Counted from the first letter of the stretch, positions 9,412 through 19,332 are shown. The stretch is DNA of 64,000 bases from Candidatus Bathyarchaeota archaeon (GCA_963769425.1 CAVYLP010000004.1:1-64000), one strand, 5' to 3'. Translations and numbers: made by a program. Notes: generated from the sequence alone by a model not told the origin.

Positions 9412-10132
9412 TTCCAATTGGGAATTGTTCCTAGTAGCTGGAATTTGTTCCTTGTAGCTGGTACATTGTATTCCTAGTAGCAGGAACATCAATTCCTAGT
9501 AGCTGGTATACCATATTCCTAGTAGCTGGTACACCTTATTCCTAGTAGCAGGAACATTGTTCCTAGTAGCAGCGACTTAATTCCATGTAGCTAGGAATCG
9601 GGTTCCTAGTAGCATGGTATAACGATTTTTCCGCCACACCGATTCCATGCAGCGGGTACATCGGGACCCATCACTCCCGTTACCGATCTTCTATCCCAGT
9701 CCCTATCGTGGAGGGTGTGGAGACCGTGTTCCTGGTACGGTGGTACATGTTACGTGTAGCTTGGAACAAATTGTTCCTGCTAGGGTGGAACACGGAGCCT
9801 TCTGATCGGGGTGATGTGTTCCGGGTAGGGTGGAACGTGTTCCGTGTAGGGTGGCACAGATTGTTCCATGTAGGGTTGAACATGTTCCGGCTACGCTAGG
9901 ATAACGTTTTTTCCACGCATTTATGCCAATTAGGAAGGTTACGTATTCTCCTTAACACGAACCGGGTTCCTAGTAGGGTGGAATCACAACGCGCTCTGCA
10001 ATGACCCTCGATACCTGCCACTAGGAATCAGATTCCTACTAGGGTGGTATAGCACACTGGCTGGCTGGGCGTATGTGCCTCGCTGGTAGGTATAAGGAAA
10101 AACATCACTTTTTGCACCTGCCACTAGGAATC
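9412..10132. repeat. Non-coding array of about 21 degenerate dyad repeats TTCC-(TAGTAGCT/TAGTAGGGT)-GG(A/T)A with 20-24 bp periodicity
   Basis: Forward units start at 9428, 9448, 9471, 9493, 9516, 9539, 9560, 9581, 9603, 9643, 9729, 9750, 9774, 9819, 9840, 9864, 9885, 9967 and 10033; inverted units at 10012-10027 and 10115-10130. Confidence 0.95.
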
Positions 10133-10364
10133 GATCCCTCGTCGCTGCTCTTTCCAAATTATTCCAGGATGGTAGATAATTGTGGCTTTCGAAAGAAATT
10201 CAGAGCTCGTTTGGCATCTAGGTGATTCAAGTATTCTCTTCGGCGCGGTCTTGGTCCTATATTAGCGGAATTTTTTTTTGCTTATATCCTCCTACTGATT
10301 GCAAGGGAGACCTGATAACAGTCCCTTTTCTCCTATAACTATACATTTACTAATTATGAATTTA

Positions 10365-11507
10365 CTAAGGCAACTTCTTTAGTTTTGAGACCTTAGGCGC
10401 CCAGGCCTTCGTAAGCGTCTCCTCGATTATCCCCCTGTGCCCAGCCGGGTCGTACATCGCCTCTACGAGGGAGTCGTAGTCTAGCCCGTTTACGACCTCG
10501 ACCCCTGAGTTGAGGGCGTTCATGTTCAGCACTATGGCCCTCTCCACGGGCATCCTTTCTGGGTTGATGTCGATGCCGTAGAATCCCGCGTAGTTGTACA
10601 TCTTGAAGACGAGGAGCGTGGCGATCATCTGGTCGATGCCGAGGACGCCGGCGTTTAGGTCCTGGTCGTAGTTGCCGAGGGGCTGGCTGTTCCAGTGGCT
10701 GTGTGCTAAGCGCCCTTCGCGTAGGACCGAGGCGAAGGCGCCGGGGAGGTCCTCGTGCCCCATCAGAACGTGGCCGACTTCAGGGTTGAGGCCAACCATG
10801 GCGTGCCCATCCTTCAGTATCTTCAGATTCTCTTTGTGTTTGAGCAACGCTTCGACGTTCCTTGCGAATAGTAGCCCGTTCGCGGTGTTCCTATAGATAT
10901 TGTTACCCCTGGGCTCGTAGGGCTTCGGCTCCATGGCTACCCTCATTCCAGGGACCTCGTCCATTGCCTCAGCGACGGCGCCTTCGAAGCGGCTCCACAT
11001 GCCGTAGTAGTCGTGGCCGAAAGGGACCTCATACCCGTCTATCCCGGGCCAGATGACGCAGACGTCGGTGCCAAGCTCCTTGTTGAGCCTGAGGCTCTCC
11101 TTGAGCCGATCAGTTGCCGCCTTCCGGACCTTGGCGTCTGGGTTACTGAGGCTACCGAACTCGAACTGCCTGTCAAAGAAGAGCATTGGGATGCATGTGA
11201 TGAGCTTTATTCCGGTCTCCTTCTCCAGTGCCTTGTAGAGGTGGATGTTATCCCTGTTGACTTCGTTGGGATAATGAGCCTCTACGCCGAGGGAGCTGTC
11301 TACGATGCCCGCGTCCTTCATCTTCTTTATTTTCTCGATGCAGTCCGTTATCGTGCCTTTGTCGATGTAAGCGTCGTGGAATCGTCCCCCTCCGGGGTAG
11401 AAGTACCATACACCAATGCTGAACCGCGGTTTGAGCCTTGAGCCCTTTAGGTGCCTGAGCATTTCCTCAGGGGTCCTCTCCATCTTCTGAGGCCTTAGGT
11501 CGATCAT
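10365..11507 (-). CDS. xylA: Xylose isomerase-like TIM-barrel sugar isomerase
   Basis: FSIGVWYF, WPGIDG, EPKPYEPR, NPEVGH and YDQDL motifs; directly downstream of xylulokinase. Confidence 0.8.
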   Translation of the reverse strand: MIDLRPQKMERTPEEMLRHLKGSRLKPRFSIGVWYFYPGGGRFHDAYIDKGTITDCIEKIKKMKDAGIVDSSLGVEAHYPNEVNRDNIHLYKALEKETGIKLITCIPMLFFDRQFEFGSLSNPDAKVRKAATDRLKESLRLNKELGTDVCVIWPGIDGYEVPFGHDYYGMWSRFEGAVAEAMDEVPGMRVAMEPKPYEPRGNNIYRNTANGLLFARNVEALLKHKENLKILKDGHAMVGLNPEVGHVLMGHEDLPGAFASVLREGRLAHSHWNSQPLGNYDQDLNAGVLGIDQMIATLLVFKMYNYAGFYGIDINPERMPVERAIVLNMNALNSGVEVVNGLDYDSLVEAMYDPAGHRGIIEETLTKAWAPKVSKLKKLP

Positions 11508-11547
11508 GGGTTGATGGTAGCCCGTGACGGTAAAACAGTTATCAAGG

Positions 11548-13044
11548 TCACGAGGCGAAGGCGCCTCGGAGGTCGACGCTGAGCCTATCCTGCAGCCTCT
11601 GCAGCTTACGATACTTCTCCACGTTCACTGCATCGGGCTTGGCTCTGGTATCCTCATCAAGGTGGACGAAAGAGTCTGTTATGCCCGAGATTGAGTCACC
11701 GTCGTGCGTCCACAAGGCCTGCAGTGCTGCTCCATACGCGGCGCCCTCATCGACTTCAAGGCATACAGTCTCGACACCGAAGACATCAGCGCACATCTTC
11801 CTCCAAGCCCTATTTTTCGAGCCTCCGCCGGTGAGACGGACCTCGCTCGGTTCTATGCCCATCTCTTTAAGGCGGTTGAAGCCGAAGTTGAGCCCCATCG
11901 TCGCGCCTTCCATTGTTGCTCGGGCGAGGTTGCCGGCGGTGAAGTTTTCCGGGGTAAGTCCATAGAGGACGCCCTTTCCGTCAGGGACGTTCGGAGTTCG
12001 CTCCCCTGTTAGGTACGGGAGTAGGAGCACACCGTTTGAGCCAACGTGAACAGTCTTAACCATCTCCTCTAGCTCATCGTACCCGAGGCCAAGCAGCCTC
12101 CTCACCGCTTCGGTAGCTACGGTAACGTTCATTGTGCAGGCGAGTGGGAGCCACGCCCCGGTCGAGTCGCAGAAGGCATGAGCCTCACCGAGTGGATCAA
12201 TGACAGGCTTACCCGAGTAGGCGTATATCGTGCCGGAAGTGCCGAGACTGACTGTGACGATACCTGGGCGTGTGTTCCCCGTGCCTATGGCCCCCATCAT
12301 GTTGTCCCCACCACCCGCACTAACGGTGATGCCCTCGGGGAGCCCGAGAAGCGCCGCCGATTTCTTGCTCAGGGTGCCAGCGGGCTCCCTCGAAGACTGA
12401 ATCTCCGGCAGCTTCCCCATCAGCTCCGGGTCGATTGCCTCGACGACTTCCCTCCTCCACCTCCGCGTCTTTACATCCATGAGGGCCGTCCCCGAGGCGT
12501 CCCCGGGCTCCATCGTCGCCCTCCCCGTGAGCCAGAAGTTGAGGTAGTCGTGGGGAAGGAGTACCGTGGCGAGGCGCGCGTAGTTGTCGGGCTCGTGCCT
12601 CCTGAGCCAGAGAATCTTTCCCGCCGTGAAGCCGGGGAGGATCGTGTTGCCCGTCAGCTTCACGACCTCCCGGATACCGCCGAGGCGCTCGATGAGCCAT
12701 CTGCACTCCTCGGCGGTGCTGGTGTCGTTCCACAGCTTCGCGGGGCGGATGACCTCGCCCTTCGCGTCAAGGGGGACGAAGCCGTGCTGCTGCCCCGAGA
12801 CGCCGATCCCCTCGACCCTGCCCTTGACCTTCGCTTGGCTGAGGGCGTCCCTCACCGACTTGATCATCGCCTCAACCCACGTCGACGGCTGCTGCTCGCG
12901 GTGACCCGCAGGTAGCCCCTCGATTAACTCGTAGGCGACGTAGCCACTCCCCACAACGTTACCATCTCCCCCGTCGACGACGACGGCCTTCGTCCCCTGC
13001 GAGCCGCAGTCCACACCCACGAAGTAACCCAAGCCCAACCCCAA
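11548..13044 (-). CDS. xylB: Xylulokinase (FGGY family)
   Basis: GVDCGSQGTK, GVSGQQHG, LWND, GGGDN, SLGTSG, PYLTGERTP and LTGGGS motifs. Confidence 0.92.
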   Translation of the reverse strand: MGLGLGYFVGVDCGSQGTKAVVVDGGDGNVVGSGYVAYELIEGLPAGHREQQPSTWVEAMIKSVRDALSQAKVKGRVEGIGVSGQQHGFVPLDAKGEVIRPAKLWNDTSTAEECRWLIERLGGIREVVKLTGNTILPGFTAGKILWLRRHEPDNYARLATVLLPHDYLNFWLTGRATMEPGDASGTALMDVKTRRWRREVVEAIDPELMGKLPEIQSSREPAGTLSKKSAALLGLPEGITVSAGGGDNMMGAIGTGNTRPGIVTVSLGTSGTIYAYSGKPVIDPLGEAHAFCDSTGAWLPLACTMNVTVATEAVRRLLGLGYDELEEMVKTVHVGSNGVLLLPYLTGERTPNVPDGKGVLYGLTPENFTAGNLARATMEGATMGLNFGFNRLKEMGIEPSEVRLTGGGSKNRAWRKMCADVFGVETVCLEVDEGAAYGAALQALWTHDGDSISGITDSFVHLDEDTRAKPDAVNVEKYRKLQRLQDRLSVDLRGAFAS

Positions 13045-13253
13045 AGACCACTACGACCACCGTATCTAAAAGATGCTCTAAAAAAGGGGAGGGGGGTACA
13101 CCCAATCAAACCCGAATAAGACACCTCCAACTGGAGGAAGCTATAAAACGGCGCCGACGGGCCCCGATAATATCCATTTCGGGCATTTAACGGTCCTATC
13201 CCCCTCCTAAGGCTGATAACTGGAATGCGTCGAATACCTCGCAGGTGTAACCG

Positions 13254-14657
13254 TTGGCGCGCCACGCCGAGCTAGCCGAGCTACAGCTACCAGAATTCGG
13301 CACCCCGACCAAGGAGCCGATCATCCCCCCCGAGACCTACCTCGACAGGATAGAGACCCTCCGCGCGAAGGCGCGTGAGCAGGGCTACAACTCGTTCGTC
13401 GTCTACGGTGACAGGGAGCACTACGCTAACGTCGCATGGCTCACCGGCTACGACCCACGCTTCGAGGAGACGCTTCTGATTATAGACCTGAAGAGTGACG
13501 CGAAGCCCCTACTTGTCGTTGGCAACGAGGGCAAAGGCTACACGGGGATAAGCCCCATCGAGAAGAAGCTGCGGATCGCCCTCTACCAGAGCTTCAGCCT
13601 CGTCAGCCAGCCCCGAGGCGAGAGCAAACCCCTGAAGAATATTCTCAGTCTAGGCGGAGTCAAGAGAGGCAGCAAAGTCGGTGTCGCGGGGTGGAAGTAC
13701 TACACCGACGCCGAAGTCGATGACCCCGAGGCGACGCTTGAGATTCCCAGCTACATCGCAGACACCGTCAGAAAGATGGCGGGAAAGGGAAACGTCACGA
13801 ACGCCAACGCGCTACTCCTCCACCCCACGGAGGGCATACGCGCCGTCAACGACGTCGACCAGCTCGCCCGATTCGAGTACGTCGGCACCTACACGAGCCA
13901 GGCGCTGCGGGACGTCCTCTTCGGCCTCCGCCCCGGTATGACAGAGCAAGAGGCCGTCCAACTCATGAGGCTCAACGGCCTCCCACTGAGCTGCCACCTC
14001 ATGCTAAGCGCCGGGCCGAGGGCGTCCATGGGGCTGCCGAGTCCCAGTAGCCGCGTCATAGAGCGCGGCGACCCGTTCACGATGGCCTACGGTGCGTGGG
14101 GGAGCCTGAACTCGCGGGCCGGCTTCGTCATCGAGTCCGAGGCTGAGCTGCCGAAGGCGATCAGGGACTACGTCCCCAAGCTGGTTGCGCCATACTTCGA
14201 GGCGATAGCTGTATGGTATGAGAAGCTCAGGATCGGCGCAACGGGGGGAGACCTCTGGAAGGCGGTCCACGACCGCATCGGCGACCCCTTCTACGGCGTC
14301 CACCTCAACCCCGGCCACCTCACGAGCCTTGAGGAGTGGCTGAGCAGCCCGAGCTACGAAGGGTCTAAGGAGACGCTCACCTCCGGCATGGCTATCCACG
14401 TCGATATCATTCCGGGGACGGGCACGAGGTACTTCACCTCGAACATCGAGGACGGGCTCTGCCTTGCCGACGCAAAGCTGAGGAGGGAGTTCGAGAGCAG
14501 GTACCCAAAGGCGTGGGGACGCATACAGTCACGCCGCGCATTCATGACGGAGAAGCTCGGGTTGAAGATCGCCCCCGAGGTGCTGCCCTTCAGCAACATC
14601 CCCGCCTACCTCCCGCCCTTCGTCCTCTCCCCTCGCAGGGCGATGAGGATGGCGTAG
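13254..14657 (+). CDS. M24/creatinase (Xaa-Pro aminopeptidase-like) fold protein
   Basis: Creatinase-type N-terminus (VYGDREHYANVAWLTGYDPRFEE); C-terminal LNPGHL and NIEDG. Confidence 0.7.
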   Translation: MARHAELAELQLPEFGTPTKEPIIPPETYLDRIETLRAKAREQGYNSFVVYGDREHYANVAWLTGYDPRFEETLLIIDLKSDAKPLLVVGNEGKGYTGISPIEKKLRIALYQSFSLVSQPRGESKPLKNILSLGGVKRGSKVGVAGWKYYTDAEVDDPEATLEIPSYIADTVRKMAGKGNVTNANALLLHPTEGIRAVNDVDQLARFEYVGTYTSQALRDVLFGLRPGMTEQEAVQLMRLNGLPLSCHLMLSAGPRASMGLPSPSSRVIERGDPFTMAYGAWGSLNSRAGFVIESEAELPKAIRDYVPKLVAPYFEAIAVWYEKLRIGATGGDLWKAVHDRIGDPFYGVHLNPGHLTSLEEWLSSPSYEGSKETLTSGMAIHVDIIPGTGTRYFTSNIEDGLCLADAKLRREFESRYPKAWGRIQSRRAFMTEKLGLKIAPEVLPFSNIPAYLPPFVLSPRRAMRMA

Positions 14658-14696
14658 CCGACTGTTTTTTATCCCCGTTACGCCAAGTCAAACGGC

Positions 14697-16076
14697 ATGC
14701 AGGGCGTAATAGGTGTATACGCGCGGGAGGACGTCGGCAGGAAGAGCCTCTACACCCTCTACGGCGTCCAGCACCGCGGCCAGGAGAGCGCGGGCGTCGC
14801 GGCCGCCGGTGACAGGAGCCTCAGGGTCTGGAGCGGCGCGGGGCTTGTATCTCGGGTCTTCGACGAGCGTTACGCCCCCTTCAGCCACCCGGACGACTAC
14901 ATAGTCGTCGGCTGCGCCTCGGGCGAGGACGTCTCCTTCGGTCTCACGCCGAGGGTACTAGAGAATGATCGATACAGGATCGCCCTTGCTCTCGATGGGT
15001 ATCTGCCAAAGAAGCCGGGAGACTCGAACGAGAAGGCGTTCTTCGACGTCCTCGAGGCAAAGCTCCAGGGCACGAGCATAATCCCCGCCCTCAAGGAGGC
15101 CATGTGGAGCCTCCCGACCGCATACTACAGCCTCGTCGCCGTCGTGCTCGATAAAAAGGAGGAGCAAAGCACCCTCTTTGCGGCACGCGACCCGCGGGGC
15201 GTCAGGCCCCTCCACGTCGCGAGGACCAAGAACAAGCTCTTCATAGCGAGCGAGTCGGCGCCCGTCGACGTCCTCGAGGGGATGGGTGAGGCTTTCGACG
15301 ACAGGAGGGACGTTGTGCCGGGTTCCCTCCTCTACATCAACTCCGAGGGCATAAGGGAGGAGCAGGTCATCGAGCCACGCCCCGCCCACTGCGCCTTCGA
15401 GTGGGTCTACTTCGGCCGCCCCGACTCAGTTATGGAGGGAAAGAGCATCCACGTCGCACGGAAGAACCTCGGCCACGCCCTGGTTAAAACTCACGACCTG
15501 AAGAAGCAGTACGGTGTCGAGAATGGCCCGCGCAAAGATCTCGCAGTCATCCCCGTCCCCGACTCGGGGCGAAGCGTCTGCACGGGCGTCGCGGAGGGCC
15601 TCGGAATCCCAGCCGACGAAGGCATAATAAAGAACGCCTATCTCGGCCGCACCTACCTTATCTACGACCCGAACTTCAGGAAGACGGCGTCGGACCTGAA
15701 GCACAACGTGATACGCGCCACGGTGGGTGGGAAGAAGGTCGCCATATGTGACGACAGCATAGTCAGAGGGACCGTCAGTGAGTCAGTCGCCAAGAGCCTA
15801 CGCAAGGCGGGCGCCACGGAGGTCGACTTCCTAGTCAGCTACGCCCCCATCTTCAACCCCTGCTTCAGCGACCCCGCCGACAAACCACTTGCCGCTAAGC
15901 CCTTTAGGGGAAAGAGTAATGAGGAGATCGGGCGCCTCGTCGCCAAGGGGCTTCCGAGCATCGACCACGTCCTCTATAACACCCCGGAGAACGTGGTTGA
16001 AGCAATCGGTCTACCCCTCGAGAATATATGCACCTTCTGCATAACCGGGGTGGACCCCTTCAGGAAGAACGAGTAG
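14697..16076 (+). CDS. purF: Amidophosphoribosyltransferase-like protein lacking the catalytic N-terminal Cys
   Basis: QHRGQESAG, ARDPRGVRPL, CAFEWVYFGRPDS, PVPDSG, DDSIVRGT and CTFC; N-terminus is MQGVIG instead of MCG. Confidence 0.8.
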   Translation: MQGVIGVYAREDVGRKSLYTLYGVQHRGQESAGVAAAGDRSLRVWSGAGLVSRVFDERYAPFSHPDDYIVVGCASGEDVSFGLTPRVLENDRYRIALALDGYLPKKPGDSNEKAFFDVLEAKLQGTSIIPALKEAMWSLPTAYYSLVAVVLDKKEEQSTLFAARDPRGVRPLHVARTKNKLFIASESAPVDVLEGMGEAFDDRRDVVPGSLLYINSEGIREEQVIEPRPAHCAFEWVYFGRPDSVMEGKSIHVARKNLGHALVKTHDLKKQYGVENGPRKDLAVIPVPDSGRSVCTGVAEGLGIPADEGIIKNAYLGRTYLIYDPNFRKTASDLKHNVIRATVGGKKVAICDDSIVRGTVSESVAKSLRKAGATEVDFLVSYAPIFNPCFSDPADKPLAAKPFRGKSNEEIGRLVAKGLPSIDHVLYNTPENVVEAIGLPLENICTFCITGVDPFRKNE

Positions 16077-16077
16077 C

Positions 16078-17439
16078 CTAGAGGCTGTAGGTCTTCCCCT
16101 TCTCCGGGGGCACCGAGCCCCTGTACATCCCCTTGAACATCTCGGGGTGCTCGGTGTGTACTGGGTAGACTCTCTCAGGCCTCACGGTGGCCAGGGCGTC
16201 GCTAAGCTCACCCTTACTGATGTGGCCGGAGGCGTGTAGCTGGATGTACTCCAGCCCGAAGTGGTTCACCCAGTTACGGAGCACGGTGCCCTCGACCTCG
16301 TCCTCCGCGAAGTGCTCGCTCATGCTGTAGATGAAGGGGGTGCCCTTCTCGGGGCGGATGTCGATGAGCTCGGTGAGGCCGGTGAAGTCTATGTTGACCA
16401 TGTAGCCGTTCGGGCTCTTCTTTAGCTCGGCGGGGGTCACCATCTTGTCGAGGAAGGGCCGCTCCCACTTGTAGTAGTCACTCTCGTCGTAGTGGCCGCT
16501 CTTCTTGCGCCTGTAGTAGACAGCGATATTCTCGTCGACGATTGGGTCGGGGAGGTCGAGGTGCTCGTCGTGAACGAGCTTGGAGAGGAGGTGTGCCGTC
16601 TTGGGGCTGATGACTATCTTCCTACCGCATACGGTGGCAGCGGTGTAGAAGGTGCGGAGCCTGTCCATGTCCCGGGGGCCGTGGGTGTAGATCATGAGAC
16701 TGCCTTTGCTGCCGGCCTTGACGCAGGCGTCCACGACGCCCTTGTAGACCTGCTGCTCGGATAGGCTCTGCCTCCTGTCCTCGGTGGTGACTCGTGTGCC
16801 CTCGCTAATCATGACGAGTGGCTTCGACTCCGCAGCGTACTCTATGAACTCCTCAGTCATGTCTGCCTTGGGGCCGTGGACGCGTAGGTCTCCGGTGTAG
16901 ACGATTGTCCCCTCCGAGGTGTGGATTATGAAACCGTATGCTCCAGGGATGCTGTGGTCGACGTGGATCGGGTGAATCTCGAGGGAGCCGATCCTGAGCC
17001 GGTCCCCCGTCCTGAAGGTCCGGTAGGCATGATCCCCGAGGCGGTTAATGCTCGTCTCGTCGGAGGCTTCCATGAACAGCTTCGTGCCAGCACCCGTGTA
17101 GACTGGAATCTTGGGGTCGACGAATCCGAGGTGGCCTACGTGGTCGCCGTGGGCGTGGGTTATGAGGATGCCGTCGAAGCGTGGCGCCCCATACTTCATC
17201 TCCGTCTCCCCGAGCATCTCTTCGGCGTAGAGCCCCTCGACCTTTGGGAGGAGGTCGAACTCGAAGAAGTCCTTGAGCCCGGCGATGCCGCGGGGTGCAA
17301 GGTACCCGGCGTAGTAGTCCTCGCCAGAGTCGAAGCTCTTCCCGAAGTCGAGCCAGACGCGGGTGTCACCGTCCTCTAGGAGTATCTTGTTCCCGCCTAT
17401 CTCGCCTACGCCGCCGTAGAACCGGAGCCCGACCATCAT
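16078..17439 (-). CDS. MBL-fold beta-CASP ribonuclease (RNase J-like)
   Basis: GGVGEIGGN, THAHGDH, VDHS, YTGD, HASGH and PVHTE motifs. Confidence 0.85.
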   Translation of the reverse strand: MMVGLRFYGGVGEIGGNKILLEDGDTRVWLDFGKSFDSGEDYYAGYLAPRGIAGLKDFFEFDLLPKVEGLYAEEMLGETEMKYGAPRFDGILITHAHGDHVGHLGFVDPKIPVYTGAGTKLFMEASDETSINRLGDHAYRTFRTGDRLRIGSLEIHPIHVDHSIPGAYGFIIHTSEGTIVYTGDLRVHGPKADMTEEFIEYAAESKPLVMISEGTRVTTEDRRQSLSEQQVYKGVVDACVKAGSKGSLMIYTHGPRDMDRLRTFYTAATVCGRKIVISPKTAHLLSKLVHDEHLDLPDPIVDENIAVYYRRKKSGHYDESDYYKWERPFLDKMVTPAELKKSPNGYMVNIDFTGLTELIDIRPEKGTPFIYSMSEHFAEDEVEGTVLRNWVNHFGLEYIQLHASGHISKGELSDALATVRPERVYPVHTEHPEMFKGMYRGSVPPEKGKTYSL

Positions 17440-17516
17440 GGAGACTCCGCGCCACGGTTATTTAGGCGTTGAACATCGGCGCAGGGGATATAACGGCGCG
17501 CCCTCGATCTGGGGGC

Positions 17517-18277
17517 ATGGGAGCACCGAGAGCGGTCGCCGTAGTGGGCTTCAAGGCCGCCGGGAAGACGCGGGTCGTCGAGGCGATAGTCGCCGAGCTG
17601 ACCCGGAGGGGTTACCGCGTGGGGACGCTGAAGCACACGGTGGATGATCAGCCCCTCGACAAGGAGGGGACTGACACCTGGAGACACGCCGAGGCGGGAG
17701 CCGTCTCATCCGCGATACTCTCCGACAGCAGGACGGCCATATTCCTGAAGCGGGCGATGAACCTGCAGAGGGCAGCCGACGCACTCGGAGAGATCGACTT
17801 CATAGTCATGGAGGGCTTCAAGGCCCTCGACATCGCTCCCCGAATCATGGTGCCCCGGACGCAAGAGGAGGTCGCCACCCTCACGACGGGGCTCGAGATA
17901 GCCGCCGTGGACGTGGAGGGCAAGGCCTTCGACACCGGCGCTCTTGCCGCTGATAAAGCTAAGCGACGCCGTCGCCCTCACGGATATCGTCGAGAAGCGG
18001 GCGTACCCGCTTGCTCGCTGGGCTGAACTGCAAGGCGTGCGGCTCCCCCACGTGCAGGGAGCTGGGGAAGGCGATTCTGGCGGGGGACGGAGACGCGGAG
18101 AGCTGCGTCAAGTACCGCCACGAGGTGCTGCTGAAGGTCGATGGCTCGGTTATCCCCCTAAATAAGTTCACGGGGAGCGCCCTCGCAAACGTCGTCCTCG
18201 GCTTCATGAAGACCCTCAAGGGCTCCGAGGCACCGCACAAGGTGGAGCTTGAGTTCGAGGTGATGGAAGACGCCTGA
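17517..18277 (+). CDS. mobB: Molybdopterin-guanine dinucleotide biosynthesis protein B with C-terminal Fe-S domain (frameshifted)
   Basis: VGFKAAGKT P-loop, LKH, DKEGTDTWRH and EGFK; continues through frames to LNCKACGSPTC. Confidence 0.8.
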
Positions 18278-19002
18278 GGAGCTGCACATCTGCGTCGACA
18301 GCAACGAGGCGAGCAGCCGCCGGGACATCCTCAACTACCTGCGCTTGTCCGGCGTTAATGTAGATGTCCAGAAGCTTGACTGTGTGCGACTACGTTGTCT
18401 CCGACCGGGTTGGGGTGGAGAGGAAGGACGTGGGGGACTTCCTCGGGAGCATCATGGATGGGCGCCTCTTCAGCCAGGCGAAGGCGATGTCCGAGGCGTA
18501 CGAGAGGCCAGTGATCATACTGGAGGGGGCGGTCAGCAGGGCGCTTAAGCGGAGCGCGATGAAGCCCGCCTCCGTCTACGGGGCGCTCGCCAGCGTCGCC
18601 CTCGACTACGGTATAAGCGTCCTCCCGACGGAGGACCCCGACTCCACCGCCTTGCTCCTACAGCGCCTCGCTTACCGGGAGCAGACGAAGGACAACCGGG
18701 CGATCCAGCTACGGGCAGTCGACAGGAGCCTTCCACTGAACAAGCAGCAGCTCTTCCTCCTAAGCGGGTTCCCCCAGATCGGGACGGCTTCCGCAGAGGA
18801 CCTGTTGGAGAGCTTCGACACCCCCCTGAGGGTCATCGAGGAGCTCGCATCGGCTGAGGTGAAGGTCTCTGCGAGCGGGAAGACGAAGAAGCTCACGGGG
18901 CCCCTAACAGAGGTCGGGGGCATAGGCCCGACGATAGTGGAGTACGCGCAGACACTCCTCAAGAGTAGCTACAGGGTAGCTTGCTCGGAGAACCCGGACT
19001 GA
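18270..19002 (+). CDS. xpf: Short XPF/ERCC4 structure-specific endonuclease (frameshift near 18381)
   Basis: ICVDSNE...CDYVVSDRVGVERKDVGDF (ERKxxxD) and C-terminal HhH (GFPQIG); start position approximate. Confidence 0.8.
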
Positions 19003-19044
19003 GCCGGGTATCTCTTTATTTTCGGCGGAAAAACTGGATCACAC

Positions 19045-19332
19045 ATGGAGTCGCTTACCCACACGTTCTCGATCAAGGCCCTGCTGGTACTCCTCAAGTC
19101 GGGGAGGCGTATGACACTGGAGGAACTCGCCAAGGAGATGGGGGAGCAGCATGGTAGCGTGACCCACGCCGTCGACGCGGTAAGGGAGGCGGGGCTCGTC
19201 GCCGCCTTCGCTAGGAGGGGAGCCCCATACGAGGAGGAGGTCTACCTCACCCCCACGGGGCGGACAGTAGCGGAGAAACTGAAAGAGATAGAGGACCTCG
19301 TGGGCTGGACGGGCGTGGGCGGCATATCCTAG
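19045..19332 (+). CDS. Small winged-helix DNA-binding protein
   Basis: LEELAKEM...VREAGLV...VYLTPTGRTVAEKL pattern. Confidence 0.7.
   Translation: MESLTHTFSIKALLVLLKSGRRMTLEELAKEMGEQHGSVTHAVDAVREAGLVAAFARRGAPYEEEVYLTPTGRTVAEKLKEIEDLVGWTGVGGIS

Noticed and set aside
9680-9899. ORFs 9680-9883 (-) with HPTRN repeats and 9708-9899 (+)
   Set aside because: By-products of the DNA repeat. Block 1 spacings (20, 22, 23) break frame, so conservation is at the DNA level.
9428-9900. CRISPR or other guide-RNA array
   Set aside because: Units are 16-17 bp with only about 4-7 nt linkers, there are no unique spacer-length sequences, and no cas-like genes are in the window
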